Positions 1 through 7,604 of a stretch of DNA of 32,000 nt are shown here, one piece after another. The DNA is from Ignicoccus islandicus DSM 13165 (GTDB lineage Archaea; Thermoproteota; Thermoprotei_A; Sulfolobales; Ignicoccaceae): assembly GCF_001481685.1 (NCBI RefSeq), contig NZ_CP006867.1, forward strand, positions 1,350,001 to 1,382,000. Direction: 5' to 3'. The number at the start of each line of letters is the position of its first letter. Position 1 is the first letter of the stretch. The notes under the pieces were generated by a model that searched no databases, had not been told where the DNA came from, and was given only the letters and a program-made list of their open reading frames with translations. The position numbers and the translations under genes were made by a program.

Positions 1-176
1 GGATCGACCAATATGGTTATACCAGGATAACTAGCGGAACCCTCGCCTTCTCCAGTCCATTCCTCTTCTATGATATTTAGAACTCTCTGAAGGTTCTCTT
101 TACTTATATTAACTGAGTTCTCCATATCAGATAGAAGTTCTTTTAGACTATTGTACTTCTTTACTTCTAAAGGCAT
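1..176 (-). CDS. hypothetical protein, N-terminal fragment (gene runs off the left edge)
   Basis: Hand translation of the minus strand from ATG at 176..174 gives MPLEVKKYNSLKELLSDMENSVNISKENLQRVLNIIEEEWTGEGEGSASYPGITILVD with no stop before position 1. It is co-directional with the aminopeptidase and begins 24 nt downstream of its stop. No motif recognised. Confidence 0.35.
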   Translation of the reverse strand, partial: MPLEVKKYNSLKELLSDMENSVNISKENLQRVLNIIEEEWTGEGEGSASYPGITILVD

Positions 177-200
177 TTCCACCAAACCCCTTCTGTAAAT

Positions 201-1559
201 TTATATTGATTCAAACGACTTTAGCATAAGTCGTGTACCCCAACCCGTCGGATAGGGCGAGGCCCACCTTACGTTAGCTTCGTGGGCCATGGCTGGTCCC
301 GCTATATCGAGGTAGACCCATGGGTCTGGAGCAAACTCTTTCAAGAATAACGCACCTATGATACTTCCAGCTTGTCTCTTAGATGAAATGTTGGTCATAT
401 CAGCAACTGGATGATCTAAGTCGCTCCTATATTTTTCGTAGAGAGGCATTCTCCAGACGAGTTCGCCTGTGTACTTAGATGCCTCTTCAATTAGTTTAGC
501 GTAGTCGTCGGAGGTTGAGTATAATGCTGCAATATCGTAACCTAGAGCGATTATTTGCGCGCCAGTTAACGTTGCCAGGGTAAAAGTGACTTGAGGAGAG
601 AATTTCTTGATGTAAGTTAGGGCATCAGCCAGTATAAGTCTTCCTTCAGCGTCAGTATTGCCTATATGTACGTATTTTCCAGAATAGCTCCTTATCACGT
701 CTTCCATCTTATATGCCCTACCAGAAACGAGGTTTTCAGCTAAGGGAACGATGGTAGTTAGCTTCACTTTCAAGCCTAGTTTGGCTGCCCAGATAGTTGC
801 TGCCGCAGCGACAGCAGCGCCTGACATATCAGCATGCATATTCTTCATATAGTTCGCGGGCTTCAGGTTGTAACCTCCAGAATCGAAGGTAACTCCCTTT
901 CCTACCAGCCCTACCCTTCTTCCTTCTCCATCATAGTGAAGTATCAGTAACTTCGGTGGTATGTCGGAGCCCTTGCCTACTGCTAGTAGTAACTCTAACC
1001 CCTCTTTTTTGAGATCATCTTGATCTAACACCGTAACGTCTATAGGTAAACCCTTCGCTTGATCCATTACTAATTTAGGAAAGGTTGAAGGGTTGAGTTG
1101 GTTAGGAGGTTCCGATGCTAGTTCTCTTGCGAACATCTGTGCTTCTGAATGAAGCAATGCTCTCTTAACTTCACCTCTCTCGCAGTTATCTACGACGAAA
1201 TATATTCTTCGTTCCTTTTTATTGGATTTATACTTATCGAACTGCCATGAAGTTAGTGCAGTACCCGTGATGATGGGGTAGGGATCATCCACATCTCGCA
1301 AATCAACTACCGAAACCCTGAAGCTTTTCAAGGATCTGCCTATCTTATAGCCGGTCTCTATGTCATTCTTCTTTCCTAAGACCAGTAGTTTTAATTCAGT
1401 GCCTTCCTTGTAAAGGACCGGTTCTATTGACTCGACGTCCTCTGGTAAGACCAGCTGCGGAAGGGTATTCTGGAACTCGTTTCTATCTTCAATTATGTTT
1501 ACCTTAATACCGGGTATGGAAGAGGGATCCGAAGTCGTGCATTTGATTTCTAGAGGAAT
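201..1559 (-). CDS. pepA: leucyl aminopeptidase, peptidase family M17
   Basis: M17 catalytic-domain motifs are present: VGKGVTFDSGGYNLKP, MKNMHADMSGAA, NTDAEGRLILADAL. The canonical-start ORF is 201..1331 (TTG). The frame stays open 77 further codons up to 1562 and encodes an M17 N-domain-like segment. I model the start at ATT 1559..1557, preceded by GGTGAG plus a 6-nt spacer (see findings). Confidence 0.85.
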   Translation of the reverse strand: MPLEIKCTTSDPSSIPGIKVNIIEDRNEFQNTLPQLVLPEDVESIEPVLYKEGTELKLLVLGKKNDIETGYKIGRSLKSFRVSVVDLRDVDDPYPIITGTALTSWQFDKYKSNKKERRIYFVVDNCERGEVKRALLHSEAQMFARELASEPPNQLNPSTFPKLVMDQAKGLPIDVTVLDQDDLKKEGLELLLAVGKGSDIPPKLLILHYDGEGRRVGLVGKGVTFDSGGYNLKPANYMKNMHADMSGAAVAAAATIWAAKLGLKVKLTTIVPLAENLVSGRAYKMEDVIRSYSGKYVHIGNTDAEGRLILADALTYIKKFSPQVTFTLATLTGAQIIALGYDIAALYSTSDDYAKLIEEASKYTGELVWRMPLYEKYRSDLDHPVADMTNISSKRQAGSIIGALFLKEFAPDPWVYLDIAGPAMAHEANVRWASPYPTGWGTRLMLKSFESI

Positions 1560-1613
1560 TTTTTACTCACCGTGTATACCCTTTACGTGAAGGGGAAATT
1601 ACTGTTTTCATAT

Positions 1614-1669
1614 GCGATGAGGAGACCACGGCAAGACTGAAGAAGTGATGTATCAGAGTTACGCTGAGC
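1614..1669 (+). ncRNA. candidate box C/D sRNA (2'-O-methylation guide)
   Basis: Layout: C box ATGAGGA 1617-1623, 13-nt guide, D' CTGA 1637-1640, 4-nt spacer, C' GTGATGT 1645-1651, 12-nt guide, D CTGA 1664-1667. A short GC/GC terminal pairing has a one-nt G spacer before the C box. It lies in the gap between two minus-strand genes. Confidence 0.55.
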
Positions 1670-1682
1670 TCAAACTAATTCC

Positions 1683-2036
1683 TTAGACTATTCCAAGCAG
1701 AATTAGAAATATATACATAATGAGCGCAATTAGTATTGATTGGACTATCGACTTTAGATCTATTTTACTTTCCGTAAAACCTCTACCTGCTAATACCATT
1801 AGAATAAGGCCAAGAACGTTAGTAAACGAATAACCTATCCAGTAGCCGATTTTCGTGTCTATCATGCAACATACTTGAAGTATCTTTGATATTGCAAGAG
1901 ATAATGGGACGTTAACGAATGCGTCGTTCCATGGAGTTAATGGCGATAACAACCATCCAATAATTCCTATGGATATGCGGATCAGTTGCGCCGGGCGTTT
2001 TCGTCCTCCCGAAGTCCTTCCGGAGCTCTTCATCAT
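1683..2036 (-). CDS. small integral membrane protein (3-4 predicted TM segments), function unknown
   Basis: 117-aa ORF with a basic N-terminus (GRTSGGRKRPAQ) followed by hydrophobic stretches (ISIGIIGWLL, VLGLILMVLAG, ILIALIMYIFLILLGIV). GGAG lies about 9 nt upstream of the ATG. Co-directional with the nurA-side gene string. Confidence 0.6.
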   Translation of the reverse strand: MMKSSGRTSGGRKRPAQLIRISIGIIGWLLSPLTPWNDAFVNVPLSLAISKILQVCCMIDTKIGYWIGYSFTNVLGLILMVLAGRGFTESKIDLKSIVQSILIALIMYIFLILLGIV

Positions 2037-2075
2037 CTACCTAAACTCCGAGACCTTCGATAATCTATAAGCATT

Positions 2076-2252
2076 TTAGTCGCGCATAAACCCTGTACAG
2101 TATATACATTTGCAGTTACCGCTTTGCTCGTCGAAAACCAACGCGTAGCAGAAGTTCTCTTGGCATATTTTAAAGCATTCCTTCTCTGACTCGACTTTTC
2201 CAATTTCTATATCTTTAACGGCCGGTTCTATTTTACTCCTTTCTTTACTCAC
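2076..2252 (-). CDS. small Cys-rich protein (58 aa, six Cys), not in the ORF track
   Basis: Hand translation gives MSKERSKIEPAVKDIEIGKVESEKECFKICQENFCYALVFDEQSGNCKCIYCTGFMRD. Its GTG start overlaps the TGA stop of the upstream 101-aa ORF as GTGA (2252..2249), which suggests translational coupling. Confidence 0.5.
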   Translation of the reverse strand: MSKERSKIEPAVKDIEIGKVESEKECFKICQENFCYALVFDEQSGNCKCIYCTGFMRD

Positions 2253-2554
2253 TCTAAACCCTCTAGTAGTTCCTCTGGTATGTAAGAGGAGGGAGACCTT
2301 AATGCTTCTCTAGCCAATCTCCGTACTTCGGGCTTGAGTTTCTTGAAATCCTCCGAATCTATGGAAATAGTCTTTATCTTACCCTTTAGCTTGTCCTTCT
2401 TCTCTTCGAATTCTTTAGGAGGTATTACGAACGAAGCTATTTTCGGATGGGTCTCCGATGGAACTCTACCTACTGCAACTGCTATAGCAACTTCGCCGAA
2501 AGTTCCCCTTTTTGCCTTTATGAGATAGACGTCGACGTCCACCGGTTTGAGCAT
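2249..2554 (-). CDS. hypothetical protein (101 aa)
   Basis: ORF with ATG start and GAAGGGAT 6 nt upstream. It begins 35 nt downstream of nurA on the same strand. The C-terminal half is Lys/Glu-rich. No family recognised. Confidence 0.6.
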   Translation of the reverse strand: MLKPVDVDVYLIKAKRGTFGEVAIAVAVGRVPSETHPKIASFVIPPKEFEEKKDKLKGKIKTISIDSEDFKKLKPEVRRLAREALRSPSSYIPEELLEGLE

Positions 2555-2589
2555 TTTCAGATCCCTTCGTAGCCACTCAAGCTCTGATA

Positions 2590-3657
2590 TTAAAGGGCTT
2601 CCCTTCCGGTTCTAATTAACTCTGAAACGAATGTGGGTAATGCCCTACTAAGTATTAAATCGCATTCAGCGTTACTTATTTTGCTTTTCCTGTGGGCTTG
2701 AGTTAGTGGTAGTGGATAGCCTTTCAAAGAGGTTCGCCTTAGAAAGTTAAATATCTTGTTCATTTCGACTTCATCGTAACTACCTATAACTTCGACCGTT
2801 AGTGGAGCGCCGTTCTTCGAGAGCTTCATATAGGATCTAGTAAGTGTAACCTCTTTCCTGTATTTCTTACAACCTACGACCGTTGTTATCCTCTGTGGTT
2901 TAGTCATACCAACCTTATCTTTAGCCAAGATATTTATAATTCCAATATCCGTTAAGATGTTGTCCCCAAAGAGCTCGTTACTTAGAAACGACTTTCCAAC
3001 ATATATGGTTAGTACGTTATTTGCCCGTTCGGCTACTTCTTTATATAAGTTTTTCTTCCATCCGCATTCTATTTTTATCGCTGTACCCGCATCTAAGTTA
3101 TTAGATTTTATGTAATCTAGAAGTTCAACTAGCCCTCCATCGAAGGGCTCGCAACCATATTTCTCTAAGACTTCTTTGCATCTACTTGCTACGCTGAACA
3201 TACCATCCATTAACATTAATTCAATACTTCTTAATCGATCCACTGTGAAGCCATGTATTTCAGCTTCTAATCCTTCCATATAGAGTATCGTTCTATCTTC
3301 ATACTTCTCATGGGGTATTAATACATCCATTTTCTCTAATATAATAGGTAAGGTATTTCCATTTTTTGAAAATGGTATCGATACTGCCCTTACAGCGAAA
3401 ATTGGATAGGCTTGAAGTTTTTGATTACATTTAGAACCATCAACTGCGCTAAGAGATGACACTTTTAGCTTTAAGTCAGTATCCATATCGCTCTGATCTA
3501 TCCACAATTTATCGAAATCGTCCCTATGTCTCTCAATTACTTCCTTTAGGAAATTCCTATGGACGTGCTTTCTTCGAAAAGCGATGGCATCAGCTAATAT
3601 GCCCTTGTATCGTCTCTCTTCTTCGTTGGCAGACTCGTTGATGAACTTAAAAGCCAC
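2590..3657 (-). CDS. nurA: NurA-family 5'-3' nuclease
   Basis: 355 aa. It carries the NurA-type catalytic Asp motif in LSAVDGSKCNQ, and its size and divergent pairing with a HerA ATPase fit the family. GTG start. Confidence 0.7.
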   Translation of the reverse strand: MAFKFINESANEEERRYKGILADAIAFRRKHVHRNFLKEVIERHRDDFDKLWIDQSDMDTDLKLKVSSLSAVDGSKCNQKLQAYPIFAVRAVSIPFSKNGNTLPIILEKMDVLIPHEKYEDRTILYMEGLEAEIHGFTVDRLRSIELMLMDGMFSVASRCKEVLEKYGCEPFDGGLVELLDYIKSNNLDAGTAIKIECGWKKNLYKEVAERANNVLTIYVGKSFLSNELFGDNILTDIGIINILAKDKVGMTKPQRITTVVGCKKYRKEVTLTRSYMKLSKNGAPLTVEVIGSYDEVEMNKIFNFLRRTSLKGYPLPLTQAHRKSKISNAECDLILSRALPTFVSELIRTGREAL

Positions 3658-3668
3658 CTTTCTTCCCT

Positions 3669-5450
3669 ATGGTAATACCGGAGGATAATGTATATATGGA
3701 GAGAGAGAACAACGAAAGTATCGGATTTGTTATTGGAGAAAGCACGACTAATTACGTCACGGCATCGTTCAACGATTTCGTTCAGCGCGGACAATATGTG
3801 GTACTAAAAACAACCAAGGGTGACGTAATAGGACTTGTGGAAGAAGTAATTAGCAAGAATCCCGTATTCGATAGACCTCTGAGCTTGGAGGACATTTCTT
3901 CATTAATGAATCTTGACGAAAGTATATTGTCGACGAACGATATCGCAATCTATGCGAAAATAAAACTATTAGCACAAATAGAAATTAGCGAAGGCGATTC
4001 CAGAATACGTCTAAGTCCACCTACCACAGCACCGGAACCACTAAGTGAAGTAAGGAGAGCACCAAACGATGTTCTAGAAAAGATATTTTCAAAGAGTCTA
4101 GAGAGAAACGTCATAAGAATAGGTAGGCTTTCAGCTCATCCAGAGGTAAGCGTTTACGTGGATGTTAATAAGATGGTAAGTAGGCACTTAGCTATACTAG
4201 CAGTTACTGGTGCCGGTAAAAGCAACACAGTCACTATCATATCTTCGAGACTCGTTGAGAAGGGAGGTACTATTCTAATATTTGATATGCATGGCGAATA
4301 TTCCAGCGCTTTCGAATCTGATAAAATTAACTTAATACAAGCTAAGGTGAATCCGGCTAAACTAGATATCAGCAGTTTCTCTAAACTAATTGGGTTAAGA
4401 GACGCTCCAAAACAAGAGCTCTACTTGCGCAACATACTCTCAGCATGGGAAGTAATGTATTCTGCGCAAATATATACGAGGGAATCACAACTATTTGATT
4501 TCATTACAACGGCATTAATTGAATTAATGAATGCCTCTAGTAAGGTAGCTTTACCTATTATAAGAAATAGAGAAGTCGTGAGGAAAGTATTGGAAGAATT
4601 AAAAGGAAAGGTCGACCCAAACAAGCCTATTAGGTCATTAAATGATATAGCAAGGCTTTTAGGTAGGGACGATATCGTAAAGACCTTGCAATCATGTTCT
4701 AACTACGATCCATCCATTTGCGAGCATTCCATCGCTCTTCTAGATATAAGCTCAAGTGACAGAAATACTACGTTGCCCTCGCTTTTAGTCAAAATAGAAG
4801 AAAGCCGAAACAGGTACGAAAACATTATAGATTTCAACGTACCTAAAGTAGTTAGCCAAATAGAGCCCGGTAAAGTAAATGTAGTAGATCTAAGTCAAGT
4901 CGATGAGGAAGCAGCAGATATAATAGTAAGTACTATCTTAAGAGACATCCTTCAAGCAAGAAAGGCTTATGTCCAAAAAAGAGATTCAATCAACGGCCTC
5001 GAATACCCTATCTTCTTGGTTCTTGAAGAAGCACACATATTGGCGCCTAAAGATCGTACCACTCTAACCAAATATTGGACAGCTAGAATAGCTAGGGAAG
5101 GAAGGAAGTTCGGTGTAGGTATATGTTTAGTATCACAACGACCTAAGGGCTTAGATCAGGATACCTTAAGTCAAGCGAATAACATGATAGTAATGAGGCT
5201 TATAGAACCAATGGATCAGAAACACGTTCAAGCTAGTAGTGAAAGCTTGAGTGACGACCTACTGAAGCAACTTCCATCGCTCGATGTAGGTGAAGCAATA
5301 CTCCTAGGCCCTATGACACCCCTCCCGGCCATTGTTAAAATAGATAAGGCAGAAGGTAAGAGTCTGGGTAGCGATATAGATATAGTAAGTGAATGGCAGA
5401 ATATCAAAAAGAAGCGCGAATCATATCTCGAGGAGGAGGACGTGTGGTAG
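3669..5450 (+). CDS. herA: HerA-family (DUF87/FtsK-HerA superfamily) hexameric ATPase/helicase
   Basis: N-terminal HAS-barrel-like IGFVIGESTT...GQYVVL, Walker A LAVTGAGKSNTV, Walker B IFLVLEEAHILAP, and the HerA-typical RKFGVGICLVSQRP and VMRLIEPMDQ. An alternative start at ATG 3696 (MERENNESIGFVIGE) has GGAGG 11 nt upstream. Confidence 0.85.
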   Translation: MVIPEDNVYMERENNESIGFVIGESTTNYVTASFNDFVQRGQYVVLKTTKGDVIGLVEEVISKNPVFDRPLSLEDISSLMNLDESILSTNDIAIYAKIKLLAQIEISEGDSRIRLSPPTTAPEPLSEVRRAPNDVLEKIFSKSLERNVIRIGRLSAHPEVSVYVDVNKMVSRHLAILAVTGAGKSNTVTIISSRLVEKGGTILIFDMHGEYSSAFESDKINLIQAKVNPAKLDISSFSKLIGLRDAPKQELYLRNILSAWEVMYSAQIYTRESQLFDFITTALIELMNASSKVALPIIRNREVVRKVLEELKGKVDPNKPIRSLNDIARLLGRDDIVKTLQSCSNYDPSICEHSIALLDISSSDRNTTLPSLLVKIEESRNRYENIIDFNVPKVVSQIEPGKVNVVDLSQVDEEAADIIVSTILRDILQARKAYVQKRDSINGLEYPIFLVLEEAHILAPKDRTTLTKYWTARIAREGRKFGVGICLVSQRPKGLDQDTLSQANNMIVMRLIEPMDQKHVQASSESLSDDLLKQLPSLDVGEAILLGPMTPLPAIVKIDKAEGKSLGSDIDIVSEWQNIKKKRESYLEEEDVW

Positions 5451-6199
5451 TAGGAATAGCAATTGGTGGCGTAAGCGGTATCGTTCCAATAATCCTGAGG
5501 AAATCTGACCTTAAGAAGATATTAGTATTGCGAAATTGTAAGTACAAGGAAGTTAAATGGGCTCGTAAAGTCCTACCAACAATTTTTGAAGTTAACCCTA
5601 GTACAGTTATCTCTAAAAAAGAAAGCTTAGAAGGTCAGCTAGCGTCAAAAGGTTTTACTGTATACGTTCAATGCATGAAGTCTCCATGGAAACTCGTACT
5701 CGAGGATTTCGAGAGGTTCCTTAACGGTGAAAGAATCATCGTTGGAGACGTTTCATGTATTGGAAGTTTCTTTCCAAGCAGATGTCAACCTTCAGCGTTG
5801 GGTTTAGCGGTAATTGATGGACGAGAAGGCGAGTTAGTTACGCTACGACTTGGCAAACCACCTTCTGATATTATATGCGTAGCTCAAGTTTTGAAAAAGG
5901 TATCTTCATGTTTAAGGGAAATAATGAGAACGGATACTCAATCGGTTGAAAACGTAAGAAGGATTATAGATTACTTAGTCGCCAAGAACCCGAATATGAT
6001 GTTATTAGAATTTAAGCGCGAATTGAGCAACAATGAAAAGATATACGTGTTCGATCTTAAATGTTTTTATGAGAAGTTAACGTATCTAAGGGATTTAAGA
6101 GATCATGGTCCTCAGTATCTAAGAAACTTGAGGTGCGAGCTAAGTGAAGGTGAGAGGGATCAATTGTTAGAGTTCTTTAGAAAGTTCGTTGGTGATTAA
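5444..6199 (+). CDS. hypothetical protein coupled to herA (251 aa from GTG 5444; 268 aa if ATG 5393)
   Basis: The ORF is in the -1 frame relative to herA and overlaps its 3' end. AGGAGGAGGA (5431-5440) sits just upstream of in-frame GTG 5444, while ATG 5393 has no SD. The N-terminus is hydrophobic (VVGIAIGGVSGIVPIIL). No family recognised. Confidence 0.6.
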   Translation: MVVGIAIGGVSGIVPIILRKSDLKKILVLRNCKYKEVKWARKVLPTIFEVNPSTVISKKESLEGQLASKGFTVYVQCMKSPWKLVLEDFERFLNGERIIVGDVSCIGSFFPSRCQPSALGLAVIDGREGELVTLRLGKPPSDIICVAQVLKKVSSCLREIMRTDTQSVENVRRIIDYLVAKNPNMMLLEFKRELSNNEKIYVFDLKCFYEKLTYLRDLRDHGPQYLRNLRCELSEGERDQLLEFFRKFVGD

Positions 6200-6856
6200 C
6201 GATCCATAATATCCCTTTACTATAGCATTATAAACATTAAGTGGATCTGAACCGTTTACTATAGCTATAGGTATCTTGCTTCTTTTAGCTATATGAAGAG
6301 ATAATAGGTCGAATAGTTCATACCTTCCAGGCTCTTGTTTCCATTGGGTAGACGATAAAATCCTTAGAGCCTCGTCGTAACTTACCTTGAGCAACTTCTT
6401 AGCTGTAGGATCGCTAGGTGGCTTGTCGTAAAGAGCGTCTACGGTAGTGGCGTTGACTACAAGTTCTGCACCCACTAGCTCAGCAATTAATAAGGAGACA
6501 GCATTGGTTGACTGACCTGGTTGAAGGCCTCCACTTATTATCGCCTTCCGGAAGTTGAGTGAGTATAACTTTAACAAATCATCAATACTCTCGGGTATTC
6601 TCTTAATTGAATGTTTCATTGTATATGCAAGAGCCCTTGCGTTTAATCTAGAAGCTTCAATACCGATTAGGTCTTTCAAGAAATTGTTCGAGTTTACGAG
6701 ATCTATATATTTCCTTGCTATCGATCCGCCACCGACCACCACGAACAACTCGTGACCTTCTTCTATTATTTGATCTAGTGTTTTAGCATATTCTCTTACT
6801 AATGGTTTATCTATAGGTGAGATAAATTTTCCGGAAATTTTCACTACAACCTTCAT
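6167..6856 (-). CDS. pyrH: uridylate (UMP) kinase, archaeal type
   Basis: Motifs KISGKFI, VVVGGGSIARKY and GGLQPGQSTNAVS. The ORF track starts at GTG 6868, but GAGGTG overlaps that codon. ATG 6856 (MKVVVKISGK) lies 9 nt after the SD and matches the usual N-terminus. Confidence 0.85.
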   Translation of the reverse strand: MKVVVKISGKFISPIDKPLVREYAKTLDQIIEEGHELFVVVGGGSIARKYIDLVNSNNFLKDLIGIEASRLNARALAYTMKHSIKRIPESIDDLLKLYSLNFRKAIISGGLQPGQSTNAVSLLIAELVGAELVVNATTVDALYDKPPSDPTAKKLLKVSYDEALRILSSTQWKQEPGRYELFDLLSLHIAKRSKIPIAIVNGSDPLNVYNAIVKGYYGSLITNELSKEL

Positions 6857-6878
6857 TTGAACGTACACACCTCTTTAC

Positions 6879-7604
6879 CTACGCCTCTTTTAGGCCCAAG
6901 TATAGTTTCCCTATTTCTGGATGCTCCAGTATCTCCCTTGCTGGACCGGTGTAAGCAACCTTTCCAGTTACTAGAACGTAGCCTCTATCACCTATCTCTA
7001 GACCTTTCCTGGCGTTCTGTTCGACCAGTATTATTGTGACACCAGAATCTCTTATCTCCTTTATTTTATTTAAGACCAAGTCTACGTATTTAGGTGAGAG
7101 AGCGGCAGTCGGTTCGTCTAATAGCATAACACTCGGTTTTGCCATTAATGCCCTTGCCATGGCTAACATTTGCCTTTCTCCTCCCGAGAGGCTACCAGCC
7201 AACTGATTGAGTCGAACCCTTAGGTCTGGGAATATTTCCAAAACTTCCTCCATCCGCTTTTTAACTTCGTTTTTATCCTTTATAATATACGCTCCCATTT
7301 CCAAGTTCTCTTTTACAGTTAAGTTTGTAAAAACGTTATTCGTTTGTGGTACATAACCTATACCCATTCTGCTTATTCTATCGAGTCTCTCGTTTGTAAT
7401 ATCTTTCCCCTTATATAGAACTTTTCCGGATATAACCTTAGCTATTCCTAATATTGCTTTAAGTAACGTACTTTTTCCCGATCCGTTTGGACCTACTATT
7501 GTAACTATTTCTTTTTCATAAACATAGAAATCGATTCCGTGGAGTATGACCATCTTTCCGTATCCAGCAACTAAGTTTATGGTTTCTATTACTTTCTCGG
7601 GCAT
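6879..7604 (-). CDS. livF: branched-chain amino acid ABC transporter, ATP-binding protein LivF
   Basis: Walker A GPNGSGKSTLLK, signature LSGGERQML, Walker B MLLDEP. 241 aa. The start overlaps the livG stop by 1 nt. Confidence 0.9.
   Translation of the reverse strand: MPEKVIETINLVAGYGKMVILHGIDFYVYEKEIVTIVGPNGSGKSTLLKAILGIAKVISGKVLYKGKDITNERLDRISRMGIGYVPQTNNVFTNLTVKENLEMGAYIIKDKNEVKKRMEEVLEIFPDLRVRLNQLAGSLSGGERQMLAMARALMAKPSVMLLDEPTAALSPKYVDLVLNKIKEIRDSGVTIILVEQNARKGLEIGDRGYVLVTGKVAYTGPAREILEHPEIGKLYLGLKEA

Noticed and set aside
5404-5450. Possible programmed -1 frameshift fusing HerA to the downstream ORF at ATC-AAA-AAG (C AAA AAG).
   Set aside because: The heptamer is not a canonical X XXY YYZ slippery site because C occupies the first position. 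A strong SD plus in-frame GTG 5444 gives a simpler explanation, namely coupled re-initiation. It was not rejected with certainty; proteomics for a fusion of about 95 kDa would settle it.
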